This document shows positions 54,685 to 64,000 of a DNA stretch of 64,000 nucleotides, one piece after another (the stretch's first letter is position 1; every line of letters begins with the position of its first letter). Where the stretch lies: NCBI GenBank assembly GCA_965227515.1, contig CBDDFZ010000001.1:2496001-2560000 (forward strand). Reading direction: 5' to 3'. Under the pieces are notes generated by a model, which did not search any database, had not been told where the DNA came from, and saw nothing but the letters and a program-made list of their open reading frames with translations. The position numbers and the translations under genes were made by a program. The stretch is from Alphaproteobacteria bacterium (GTDB taxonomy: Bacteria; Pseudomonadota; Alphaproteobacteria; CALKHQ01).

Positions 54685-57162
54685 ATGGCGACGTACGAAA
54701 TGGAATCCGCATCGATTGGCCGCAAGGGCCGCGGCAAGGCCGGCACCCTGGGCGACAACAGCATCCCCGCGCCAAGCGCCGACGACATGGAGATGATGTC
54801 GGCGCTGGAGAAGAAGCTGCTGTGGCTTTCGTCGTGGATGATCCACCACGCCAACCATGTTCGCCCGAATGTCGACGGGCTGAAGGTGGGCGGGCACCAG
54901 GCGTCCAGCGCCTCGCTGGTCACGTTGATGACGGCGCTGTTCTTTCACGTGCTGCGGCCCGACGACCGGGTGGCGGTGAAGCCGCATGCCAGCCCGGTGT
55001 TCCACGCCATCCAGTACCTGTTCGGCAACCAGACCCGCGACAATCTGGAAAACTTTCGCGCGCTGGGCGGCGCCCAGTCCTATCCGTCGCGCACCAAGGA
55101 CGTCGACGACGTCGACTTTTCCACCGGCTCGGTCGGCCTGGGCGTCGGCGTGTCGCTGTTCGCGGCGCTGATCCAGGACTATGTGCGCCTGAAGCGGCTG
55201 CCGGGTGCGGCGGAAGACATCGGCCGCATGGTGGCCCTGGTCGGCGATGCCGAGCTGGACGAGGGCAACATCTACGAAGCCCTGCTGGAAGGCTGGAAGC
55301 ACGACGTCCGCAACGTCTGGTGGGTGATCGACTACAACCGGCAGAGCCTGGACAGCGTGGTCTCCGACCGGCTGTTCACACGCATCGACGAGCTGTTCGC
55401 CACCATGGGCTGGCGGGTGATCACGCTGAAATACGGCCGCCTGCTGGAGGCGGCGTTCGCCCGGCCCGGCGGCGACGCCCTGCGCGACTGGATCGACCGT
55501 TGCCCGAACTCGCTCTACGCGGCGCTCACCTTCAAGGGCGGGGCGGCGTGGCGCGAGCACCTGGCCGCCGATATCGGCAAGGAGCCGGGCATTGCCGACA
55601 TCCTGGCCGACCATGACGACGAGGCGCTTGGCCGGCTGATGACCAATCTGGCCGGCCACGACCTGGAGACCGTGCTGGAAGGGTTCCGCGCCGCCGCCGA
55701 CAGCGACCAGCCGACGTGCTTCCTGGCGTACACCATCAAGGGCTTTGGCCTGCCGTTCGCCGGCCACAAGGACAACCACGCCGGGCTGATGAACGTCGAC
55801 CAGATGGCGGCCTTCCAGCAAGCGATGGCGGTGCCGGAGGGCGCGGAGTGGGAGCCGTTCGCCGGGCTTTCGGCGCTCGGCGACCGGCTCGGCGACTTCG
55901 TCGCGCGCACGCCGTTCAACGCGCGCGGGCCGCGGCGGACCACCGGCGAGCGGTTGCCGATCCCGATGCTGGTCGCACCGGCCGAGGGTGGCGCGAAGAT
56001 GTCCACCCAGGAGGGCTTCGGGCGCATCCTGAACGAGATCGGCCGCAGCGAGGAGGCCTATGCCGACCGCATCGTCACCACGTCGCCGGACGTGACGGTG
56101 TCGACCAACCTCGGCGCGTGGGTGAACCGGCGCGGCGTGTTCAACCGGCAGGACATGAAGGACGTGTTCCGCGAGCAGAAGGTGGTGTCGGCCCAGACCT
56201 GGGCGATGTCGCCGGCCGGCCAGCACATCGAGCTTGGCATCGCGGAGAACAATCTGTTCCTGCTGCTGGCCGCGGCCGGCCTGTCGCACAGCCTGTTCGG
56301 CAGCCGCCTGCTGCCCATCGGCACCCTGTACGACCCGTTCATCGCCCGTGGGCTGGATGCGCTGAATTACGCCTGCTACCAGGACGCGCGCTTCGTGCTG
56401 GTGGCGACGCCGTCGGGCATCACCCTGGCGCCGGAGGGCGGGGCGCACCAGTCGATCGCGACCCCGCTGATCGGCATGGCGCAGGACGGTCTGGCCTATT
56501 TCGAGCCCGCCTATTGCGACGAGCTGGCCGCGATCCTGGGCTGGGCGCTGGACTACATCCAGCGCGACGGCTCGGACCCGGGGCGGCCCGGCTGGCTGCG
56601 CGACACCGAGGGCGGCTCGGTCTATCTGCGGCTGTCGACCCGCGCGCTCGAGCAGCCGGCGCGTACGCTCAGCGACGAGGATCGCCAGCATGTCATCGAC
56701 GGCGGGTACTGGCTGCGGCCGCCGGGACCGGGCGCCACCCTGGCGCTGGTCTGCACCGGTGCGGTGATGCCCGAGGTGCTGGCCGCGTTCGACGAGGTGC
56801 TGGACGATGCGCCTGATGCCGGGCTGATGGTCGTGACGTCGCCAGACCGGCTGAACGCCGGCTGGCACGCCGCGGAGCGCGCCCGCGAACGCGCCGATGG
56901 CGGCGATGGCGAGAGCCTGTGCCACATCGAGCGGCTGCTGGCGCCGCTGAGCCACGACGCGGCCCTGGTGACGGTGCTGGACGGTCACCCGGCGACCCTG
57001 GCATGGCTGGGCGCGGTGGCGGGCCACCACGTGCAGGCCCTGGGCGTGGAGCATTTCGGCCAGTCCGGCAGCATTCCCGATCTCTACCGGCGCTATGGCA
57101 TCGACACCGATGGCATCCTGGATGCGACGGCGCGGGCTTGCCTCGACCGGCTGCGCCTGTAG
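54685..57162 (+). CDS. Pyruvate dehydrogenase E1 (homodimeric AceE-type)/transketolase-like ThDP enzyme
   Basis: KVGGHQASSAS, QSYPS, STGSVGLG, ThDP motif GDAELDEG..N, ELGIAE, PEGGAHQS, FGQSG. Confidence 0.88.
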   Translation: MATYEMESASIGRKGRGKAGTLGDNSIPAPSADDMEMMSALEKKLLWLSSWMIHHANHVRPNVDGLKVGGHQASSASLVTLMTALFFHVLRPDDRVAVKPHASPVFHAIQYLFGNQTRDNLENFRALGGAQSYPSRTKDVDDVDFSTGSVGLGVGVSLFAALIQDYVRLKRLPGAAEDIGRMVALVGDAELDEGNIYEALLEGWKHDVRNVWWVIDYNRQSLDSVVSDRLFTRIDELFATMGWRVITLKYGRLLEAAFARPGGDALRDWIDRCPNSLYAALTFKGGAAWREHLAADIGKEPGIADILADHDDEALGRLMTNLAGHDLETVLEGFRAAADSDQPTCFLAYTIKGFGLPFAGHKDNHAGLMNVDQMAAFQQAMAVPEGAEWEPFAGLSALGDRLGDFVARTPFNARGPRRTTGERLPIPMLVAPAEGGAKMSTQEGFGRILNEIGRSEEAYADRIVTTSPDVTVSTNLGAWVNRRGVFNRQDMKDVFREQKVVSAQTWAMSPAGQHIELGIAENNLFLLLAAAGLSHSLFGSRLLPIGTLYDPFIARGLDALNYACYQDARFVLVATPSGITLAPEGGAHQSIATPLIGMAQDGLAYFEPAYCDELAAILGWALDYIQRDGSDPGRPGWLRDTEGGSVYLRLSTRALEQPARTLSDEDRQHVIDGGYWLRPPGPGATLALVCTGAVMPEVLAAFDEVLDDAPDAGLMVVTSPDRLNAGWHAAERARERADGGDGESLCHIERLLAPLSHDAALVTVLDGHPATLAWLGAVAGHHVQALGVEHFGQSGSIPDLYRRYGIDTDGILDATARACLDRLRL

Positions 57163-57289
57163 ACTTGTCGGATAACACGCAGGCTGAGGGCCTGCGGCGG
57201 TCATTGGTCATTAACCAATGCCAACCTTAATCCGGTCACATTGATGCCATAGCCTACCGTTGCGGGGGTCAGGAAAGGTGCACGGTTCT

Positions 57290-58741
57290 ATGTCGAGACC
57301 GCTACTGGCAACATTTGCGGGCGCCACGCTGGCGCTCGGCCTGACGGCTGGCGTGACGGCGCCGGCGCGCGCGGAAGTGTCCTCCGCCGAGCTTCTTGGC
57401 TGGTGCGAGGGCGCCACGTCGCCCGACCAGCTCGGGACCATCAACGCGTTTCGCTGCGTGAACTATCTGCAGGGGGCGGCCGACGTGTTGCAGGCCGTGG
57501 TCGCAGTCGACCTGACGGCATGCCTGAGCGGCGGCCAGTCCATTGGCGCGCAACTCAAGGCGCGGTTCGTGCCGGCATTGCGCGCGGCCCATGAGGAAAT
57601 CCACGCGAGCGGCGGCCAGATTTCGGTTCCGGCCGAGATGGCGGCGTGGCTGGAGCGCGAATGCGGCTTCGCCGATCCGGTCGCCTCCGACACCGGCGAG
57701 CTGGCGCAGGCCCGCGCCGAGGCCGAGACCCAGGTCGCCGAGCTGCGCGCCGCCCTGGACGAGGCCAACGAGACCATCGAGGACCAGGCGGCCGCGCTGG
57801 TCGAGGCCAATGGGACCATCGACGACCGGTCGGCGGCGCTCGACCAGCTCAACATGGTGATCGCCGGGCTCAACGAGGACATGACGCAGGAGCGCGAGAC
57901 CTGCGTGGGCCAGGTCGACGAGCTGAAGGCGCAACTGTCGGAGCTGGCGTCGTCGAGCAACACCAACGATGCGATGGTGGCCAGCCTGGAGCTGGAACTC
58001 GAGGCCGCAGAAGCCGCCAACGATGCGCTGCGCCAGGAAATGGCGGAGCGTGACGCGCGGCTGGCGCAACTGATGGCCGACATCGCCGAGAGCCAGCAGG
58101 CCCTGGATGACGCGCTCGACCAGATCGCGCTGCAGGAGGCGCGGTTGGAGCAGGTCGAGACCCTGAACGACACCCTGCAGCTCATCAGCACCCAGGCGCG
58201 GGCACGCATCGAAGAGGCAGAATTACAGATCGAGGCGTTCGATACCCTGAACGCCGAGCTTGAGGAAGAGTTGGAGGCGAGCCGGCGCACCATCGCCGCG
58301 CTGGATGCCGATCTCCAGTCCTCCAACACCTGCGTGCCGTCGTCGACGGTGTCCAGCGGATCGGGTTCCGGCAGCGCCAACAACGGAAGCGTGGGCAACA
58401 TCGTCGTACCGCCGTCCAGCCCACCCAACCAGAGTGCGTCGATCGACCCGGCGCCACCTGCCGACAGCGGCATCGCCGAGATGCGCTTCGACCCCTCCAC
58501 CCTGGCCTCGTTCCGCCAGCTCCAGCAACAGGCGGTTGAGCGCGGGCAGATCAACGTGCGCATCCCGTGGACCAGCCCTGACGGGCGGTTCTCCGGCTTC
58601 GCCGTGGTCACCGGCGAGGGCACGGTGGGCGCGAGCTGGTACCGCCAGGTCTATGCCGAGGCGCGCTACCAGAACGCCGTCGTCGAGCGCGCCGACGACC
58701 GCTATTGCCGCCAGAACATGGTGTGGCGTTTCTGCGGCTGA
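57290..58741 (+). CDS. Secreted long coiled-coil protein with Cys-containing terminal domains
   Basis: Signal peptide; ELLGWC..CVNYLQGAAD N-domain; ~200 aa heptad region; Ser/Pro linker; C-terminal WTSPD..YCRQ..W domain. Confidence 0.78.
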   Translation: MSRPLLATFAGATLALGLTAGVTAPARAEVSSAELLGWCEGATSPDQLGTINAFRCVNYLQGAADVLQAVVAVDLTACLSGGQSIGAQLKARFVPALRAAHEEIHASGGQISVPAEMAAWLERECGFADPVASDTGELAQARAEAETQVAELRAALDEANETIEDQAAALVEANGTIDDRSAALDQLNMVIAGLNEDMTQERETCVGQVDELKAQLSELASSSNTNDAMVASLELELEAAEAANDALRQEMAERDARLAQLMADIAESQQALDDALDQIALQEARLEQVETLNDTLQLISTQARARIEEAELQIEAFDTLNAELEEELEASRRTIAALDADLQSSNTCVPSSTVSSGSGSGSANNGSVGNIVVPPSSPPNQSASIDPAPPADSGIAEMRFDPSTLASFRQLQQQAVERGQINVRIPWTSPDGRFSGFAVVTGEGTVGASWYRQVYAEARYQNAVVERADDRYCRQNMVWRFCG

Positions 58742-58814
58742 TCCGCGCCTGGGTTTGGCTTCCGATACATTGATCGCGGGCTGAGTTCCGCGCACATTGG
58801 CGGTGGAGGTGCGC

Positions 58815-60296
58815 GTGCGATTCCTCATCGCCATGCTGAAGCACGAGACAAACACGTTCTCGCCGGTGCCGACCGACTTGCGGCGGTTCGCCGACTGGGG
58901 CCTGCACTATGGCGATGACGTCGCCGCCGCCTATCGCGACACCGCCATGCCGGTGGCGGCCTACCTTGAGCTTGCCGAGGCCGCCGGCGCAGAGGTGGTG
59001 ACGCCGCTGGCCGCCGAGGCGATGCCGAGCGGCCCGGTGCACGCCGATGCCTACGCCCACCTGACCGAAACCATCCTGGCGGCGCTGGACGACGGCATCG
59101 ACGCCGCCTTGCTGGACCTGCACGGCGCCATGGTCGCCGAGACCACGCCGGACGGGGAGGGCGACCTGCTGGCCCGCATCCGGGCCCGTCGCCCCGGCCT
59201 GCCGATTGCGGTCACCTGCGACCTGCATTGCAACCTGACCCAGGCGATGGTGGACAATTGCACCGCGCTGATCGGCTACAAGACCTATCCCCACACCGAT
59301 ATGTACGACGTCGCCAAACAGGTCGGCGGCATCGTGATCGAGAGCATGGCGGGCCGCGCGGCCCCGGTGATGGCGTGGCATCGCCCGCCGCTGCTGAGCC
59401 AGACGCTGTGCCAGGGCACCGACGACTTCCCGATGCGCGAGCTGATCGCCGCTGCACGTGCCCTGGAAGATGGCGGCATGCTGGCCGCGACCGTGTTCGG
59501 CGGCTTCCCACATGCCGATATCGAGGATGCCGGGACCAGCGCCATCGTGGTCGTCGATGGCGATGCCGCTGCCGCCGACAAGGCGGCGCGGGGCTTGGCC
59601 GACCTGGCGTGGAGCCACCACACCGCCTTTGCCTACCGCGCCCGCCCGCTGGCCGAGGCGGTGGCGGCGGCCAAGGCGGAGACCGAGGGGCCGGTCCTGC
59701 TGCTGGACCATGCCGACAATTGCGGTTCCGGCGGCACCCAGGACGAGATGACCGTGATCGCCGAGGTGCTGCGCCAGGGCCTGCCGGACGTGGCGATGGC
59801 GGCGGTGTGGGACCCCGAGGCGGTGACGGCAATGCATCGCGCGGGCGAGGGGGCGGAGATCGCCCTCGACCTCGGCGGCAAGATGGACATGCCGTCGCTG
59901 GGCCGGCCCGGCCGTCCGCTGCGCGTGACCGGGCGGGTCGCGCGGGTGACCGACGGGACCTGGGTGGTGGAAGGCCCGATGTACACTGGCGTTACCGTGC
60001 ACATGGGACCGACGGCGGTGCTGGAGGTTCGCTCCGAAAGCGGCGGCGAAATGCGCATTGTCGTCGTCTCCCGCCACCACGAGCCTTGGGACATCGGGGT
60101 CTTCACTCATGTCGGCATCGACCCGCACGCCGCACGCTACCTGCTGCTGAAGTCGCGCATCCACTACCGCGCGGGCTTCGGCGACCTGGGCACCCACACC
60201 TTCACCTGCGACGGCTTTGGCGTCACCACGTCTGACAACAGCCTGCTCGACTATCGCAATGTGCGGCGGCCCATTTATCCGCTGGACCCGATGTGA
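58815..60296 (+). CDS. M81 (MlrC-like) metallopeptidase
   Basis: HETNTFSP, LDLHGAM, DLHCN, YKTYPHTD, DHADNCGSG, KSRIHYRA. Confidence 0.92.
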   Translation: MRFLIAMLKHETNTFSPVPTDLRRFADWGLHYGDDVAAAYRDTAMPVAAYLELAEAAGAEVVTPLAAEAMPSGPVHADAYAHLTETILAALDDGIDAALLDLHGAMVAETTPDGEGDLLARIRARRPGLPIAVTCDLHCNLTQAMVDNCTALIGYKTYPHTDMYDVAKQVGGIVIESMAGRAAPVMAWHRPPLLSQTLCQGTDDFPMRELIAAARALEDGGMLAATVFGGFPHADIEDAGTSAIVVVDGDAAAADKAARGLADLAWSHHTAFAYRARPLAEAVAAAKAETEGPVLLLDHADNCGSGGTQDEMTVIAEVLRQGLPDVAMAAVWDPEAVTAMHRAGEGAEIALDLGGKMDMPSLGRPGRPLRVTGRVARVTDGTWVVEGPMYTGVTVHMGPTAVLEVRSESGGEMRIVVVSRHHEPWDIGVFTHVGIDPHAARYLLLKSRIHYRAGFGDLGTHTFTCDGFGVTTSDNSLLDYRNVRRPIYPLDPM

Positions 60297-60301
60297 GCGA
60301 A

Positions 60302-61306
60302 ATGCCGTCCTTGCGCGCCGGGCCGCGCAACCTGATCACCGACGTGCTTGGCCTCAAGGTGGGCAACGCCGCCGACGACCGCGCGCTGACCGGCGTCACC
60401 GTGCTGCGGCCGGATGCGCCGTGCACAGCGGCGGTGGATGTGCGCGGTGGCGGGCCGGGCACGCGCGAGACCGATCTGCTGGCGCCGGCCGCGACGGTCG
60501 ACCGGATCGATGCGCTGGTGTTTGCCGGTGGCTCGGTGTTCGGGCTGGATGCCGCGTCGGCGGTGACCGCCAAGCTGGCGGCGCGGGGCCAGGGGCTTGT
60601 CCATCGCGACGCGGTGGTGCCGATCGTGCCGGCCGCGATCTGCTTCGACCTTCACAATGGCGGCGACAAGAACTGGGGCGAGACACCACCCTACGCGGCG
60701 CTGGGGCGCGCGGCGCTGGAAGACGTATCGGCCGACATCGCGCTCGGCAATGTCGGCGCCGGCATGGGGGCCACCGCCGGGCCGCTGAAGGGCGGGCTCG
60801 GTTCGGCCTCGGTCGAGACCGCGGATGGCGACATGGTCGGCGCGCTGGCGGTCGTGAATGCCGCCGGCCACACCACCGTGCCAGATGGGCCGCAGTTCTG
60901 GGCCTGGCCGTTCGAGCTTGGGGGCGAGTTTGGCGGACTGGCGCCACCGGCCGCCGCGGTGCCGCCACCGGTGGACATCCCCGCCGGCCCGGTGCCGGCC
61001 AACACCACCCTGGTCGCGGTGGCGGTCAATCGCCGGCTCGACAAGCTGCAGGCCCAACGCATCGCGATCATGGCCCAGGATGGCCTCGCCCGTGCGATCC
61101 GCCCGGCGCACACGCCCTTCGACGGCGATATCGTGTTCGTGCTCGGTGTCGGGGAGCGCGGCGTCGACGATCCGCGCGAGGTTGCCCGGCTGGGCACGCT
61201 GGCCGGGGATTGCACGGCCCGCGCCATCGCGCGCGGCGTCTACGAGGCGGTTTCCCTGGGCGGCATGCCCGGTTATCGTGACGTGTGGGGCGACGGGAGA
61301 AAATAA
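60302..61306 (+). CDS. P1/DmpA family aminopeptidase
   Basis: NLITDVLGLKVG, RGGGPGTRETDLL, GNVGAGMG, NTTLVAVA, AQDGLARAIRPAHTPFDGD. Confidence 0.92.
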   Translation: MPSLRAGPRNLITDVLGLKVGNAADDRALTGVTVLRPDAPCTAAVDVRGGGPGTRETDLLAPAATVDRIDALVFAGGSVFGLDAASAVTAKLAARGQGLVHRDAVVPIVPAAICFDLHNGGDKNWGETPPYAALGRAALEDVSADIALGNVGAGMGATAGPLKGGLGSASVETADGDMVGALAVVNAAGHTTVPDGPQFWAWPFELGGEFGGLAPPAAAVPPPVDIPAGPVPANTTLVAVAVNRRLDKLQAQRIAIMAQDGLARAIRPAHTPFDGDIVFVLGVGERGVDDPREVARLGTLAGDCTARAIARGVYEAVSLGGMPGYRDVWGDGRK

Positions 61307-61351
61307 GGCTACCCGAGGGATAAGGCCCCGCCAGCGAGGGAGATACGGGAC

Positions 61352-62830
61352 ATGCGTGGAATGTGGATTGCGGCCACCGCACTGGTGTCGCTGTCGGCGG
61401 CCGGCGCCGCGTTTGCTCAAGGCGGGTCCGTGACGATTGGCATGGGATTGGAACCGCCGCATCTGGACCCGACGGCTGGCGCCGCCGCGGCCATCGACGA
61501 AGTGGTCTATGCCAATGTGTTCGAGGGGCTGACCCGGATCGACCAGACCGGCGCGGTGCAGCCGGCGCTCGCCGAGAGCTGGGACGTTTCCGACGACGGC
61601 CTGTCCTACACCTTCCACCTGCACGACGGCGTCACCTTCCACGACGGCACGTCATTCGATGCCGACGACGTGGTGTTCAGCCTGGACCGCGCGCGGGCGG
61701 AGGACAGCACCAACGCGCAGAAGGGCCTGTTCGAGGGCATCGCCAGTGTCACCGCCGTCGACCCGCTGACGGTGGATGTCGTGCTGTCGTCGCCGAACGC
61801 GCAGTTCCCCTGGAACATGGGCTGGGGCGATGCGGTGATGGTGGCGCCTGAAACGGCCGATGACAACCAGCAGAACCCCATCGGCACCGGCCCGTTCCGG
61901 TTCGAGAACAGGGTCAGCGGCGACCGGGTCGACCTGGTGCGCAACGACAATTACTGGGGCGAGCCGGTGGCGCTGGATGCCGCCACCTTCGTGTTCATTC
62001 CCGATGCGGCGGCCCAGGTGAACGCGCTGTTGGCCGGCGACCTGGACGCGTTTCCGAACATCGGCGCGCCGGAGACGCTGGGCCAGTTCGCTGGCGATCC
62101 CGAGTTCTCGGTGGTCATCGGCACCACCGAGGGCGAGACCATCCTGGCGCTCAACAATGGCCGCGCGCCGTTCAACGACATCCGCGTCCGCCGCGCCATC
62201 GCGCACGCGATCGAGCGTCAGGTGGTCATCGACGGCGCCATGTTCGGCTATGGCACGCCGATCGGCAGCCACTTTGCGCCGCACCACCCGGCCTATGTCG
62301 ACCTGACCGGCATGTACGCCTACGACCTGGATGCCGCCAAGGCGCTGCTGGCCGAGGCGGGCTATCCGGACGGGTTCGAGACCACCCTGGTGCTGCCGCC
62401 GCCGAGCTATGCCCGTCGCGGCGGCGAGATCATCGCGGCGCAACTGGGCGCGGTCGGCATCAAGGTGTCGATCGAGCCGGTGGAGTGGGCGCAGTGGCTG
62501 GATGTGGTGTTCAGGAACACCAACTACGACATGACCATCGTCTCCCACACCGAGCCGCTGGACATCGGCATCTACGCGCGCGACGAGTACTACTTCAACT
62601 ACCACAGCGATCGGTTCAACGCGGTCATGGACGAGGTCGCGCAGACAACCGATGTGGCGGAACAATACGCCCTTTACGGCGAGGCCCAGCGCATCCTGGC
62701 CGAGGACAGCGTCAACGGCTTCCTGTTCCAGCTCGCCAAGCATGGGGTGTGGAACGCACGGCTGAACGGCCTGTGGGCGAACAGCCCGGTCCAGGCCAAC
62801 GACCTGACCGGCGTGTATTGGGAGGAGTGA
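61352..62830 (+). CDS. ABC dipeptide/oligopeptide substrate-binding protein (family 5)
   Basis: Signal peptide, LEPPHLDP, PALAESWDVS, GVTFHDG, PIGTGPF, VRRAIAHAI. Confidence 0.95.
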   Translation: MRGMWIAATALVSLSAAGAAFAQGGSVTIGMGLEPPHLDPTAGAAAAIDEVVYANVFEGLTRIDQTGAVQPALAESWDVSDDGLSYTFHLHDGVTFHDGTSFDADDVVFSLDRARAEDSTNAQKGLFEGIASVTAVDPLTVDVVLSSPNAQFPWNMGWGDAVMVAPETADDNQQNPIGTGPFRFENRVSGDRVDLVRNDNYWGEPVALDAATFVFIPDAAAQVNALLAGDLDAFPNIGAPETLGQFAGDPEFSVVIGTTEGETILALNNGRAPFNDIRVRRAIAHAIERQVVIDGAMFGYGTPIGSHFAPHHPAYVDLTGMYAYDLDAAKALLAEAGYPDGFETTLVLPPPSYARRGGEIIAAQLGAVGIKVSIEPVEWAQWLDVVFRNTNYDMTIVSHTEPLDIGIYARDEYYFNYHSDRFNAVMDEVAQTTDVAEQYALYGEAQRILAEDSVNGFLFQLAKHGVWNARLNGLWANSPVQANDLTGVYWEE

Positions 62831-62859
62831 GGCGGCCGTTCTGGACCACAATTACGATC

Positions 62860-63035
62860 GTCGCCCTCGCCCGTGTGGCGAGGGCCCATTCCGATGCCGT
62901 GCGCGATGAGCAAATGGTAGGCGCCATTCCGTCGCGTCCATTTCCGTCGAAGGACTGCCACGCCAACCACGGTAAAATTTCCGGCAGATGGCGCTTGGGA
63001 CATGGATGGGTCCTCGCCACAAGGGCGAGGACGAC
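62860..63035. repeat. REP-like element, family B
   Basis: gtcgccctcgcccgtgtggcgagggcccat ... atgggtcctcgccacaagggcgaggacgac. Confidence 0.85.
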
Positions 63036-63137
63036 GGGTGGGTGTTGGTGAGGTTGTGTCGACATTGGCACACGCCGTGGCCTTGCAAGCTTGCGGTACC
63101 CAGCGATGGACCGACATGATCCTGCTATAAGGCGCCC

Positions 63138-64000
63138 ATGACCGCCTTCATCGTGCGCCGCGTCGCCGGGCTGTTGCTGACCGCGCTGGCGGCCAGCGTG
63201 ATCATCTTCCTGGTCGTCGACCTGCTGCCGGGGGACGCCGCGCAGATCCTGCTCGGCGTCGAGGCGCGGCCGGACACGCTGGCGGCATTGCAGGAGAAGC
63301 TCGGCACCGACCGTCCGGCGGTGGAACGCTACCTCGACTGGATCGTCGGCTGCCTGACCGGCGATTTCGGCACCTCCTACATCTATGACGAGCCGGTCGG
63401 CGGCATGATCGGCCAGCGCCTGGAGGTCAGCCTGCCGCTCGCGCTCGGCGGCATCCTGCTTTCCACCGTGATCGCCATTCCGCTCGGCACCTTCGCGGCC
63501 GCCAACCATCGCCGCGTCGGCGACTATGGGGTGATGGCGTTCACCCAGGTCGGCGTCGCGGTGCCGAACTTCTGGCTCGGCATGCTGCTGGTGCTGATCT
63601 TCGCGACATGGCTGGAGATCCTGCCGGCGATCCGCTTCCCTGGCTGGGGCGAGGATTTCGGCGGGTCGCTGGCCTCGCTGATCATGCCGGTGGTGGCGCT
63701 GGCGCTGCCCCAGGCCGCGATCCTGGCGCGCGTCGTGCGCTCCTCGGTGCTGGAGGTGCTGGGCGAGCCCTACATCCGCACCGCGGCGGCGAAGGGGCTG
63801 ACCCGCTGGCGCATTCTGGTCGGGCACGCGCTGCGCAATGCGTTGATCCCCATCGTCACCCTGATCGGGCTGCAGCTCTCGTTCGTGGTTGCCGGCGCCA
63901 TCGTGATCGAAAGCGTGTTCACGCTGCCTGGCCTCGGCCGCCTGATCACGCTCTCGATCAGCAACCGCGACCTGATCGTCATCCAGAGCGTGGTGCTGCT
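63138..64000 (+). CDS. ABC dipeptide permease (DppB-like), truncated by the window end
   Basis: Manual translation MTAFIVRRVAG..LLPGDAA..GDFGTSY..VPNFWLG..YIRTAAAKGL..HALRNALIP..IESVFTLPGLG. Confidence 0.93.
   Translation, partial: MTAFIVRRVAGLLLTALAASVIIFLVVDLLPGDAAQILLGVEARPDTLAALQEKLGTDRPAVERYLDWIVGCLTGDFGTSYIYDEPVGGMIGQRLEVSLPLALGGILLSTVIAIPLGTFAAANHRRVGDYGVMAFTQVGVAVPNFWLGMLLVLIFATWLEILPAIRFPGWGEDFGGSLASLIMPVVALALPQAAILARVVRSSVLEVLGEPYIRTAAAKGLTRWRILVGHALRNALIPIVTLIGLQLSFVVAGAIVIESVFTLPGLGRLITLSISNRDLIVIQSVVL

Noticed and set aside
57211-57231. Possible CtrA site (TTAACC...TTAA)
   Set aside because: The two TTAA half-sites are 12 bp apart, not the TTAA-N7-TTAA consensus.

Overview
High-GC chromosomal window from an alphaproteobacterium (Rhodospirillales-like by gene content; exact taxon not determinable). 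Housekeeping blocks: rnr-topA-dprA-plsY-ruvX, gatC-gatA/gatB, the imuA-imuB-dnaE2 mutagenesis cassette, mtnA, pfkA, an Rrf2-led suf operon, a PDH-E1/transketolase-like gene, and a peptidase + dipeptide ABC cluster. Most notable: (1) a ~2 kb low-GC cassette encoding a SAMHD1-like HD dNTPase and a YwgA/Panacea-like partner, inserted at the gatB 5' end and flanked by a 17-bp imperfect direct repeat (candidate anti-phage or toxin-antitoxin module); (2) a complete IS110 (IS621-type) element whose bridge-RNA target and donor guides, CT cores, REP target and circle-junction promoter can all be read from the sequence; (3) an 84-bp copy of the same REP family inserted in frame inside imuB; (4) LexA-like boxes with N6 rather than the canonical N7 spacing; (5) several REP families, some with nested mini-insertions; (6) a shared palindromic operator for an HTH/DUF4153 module. 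Products were assigned by recognising motifs by eye; no searches were run, and start codons are best estimates.
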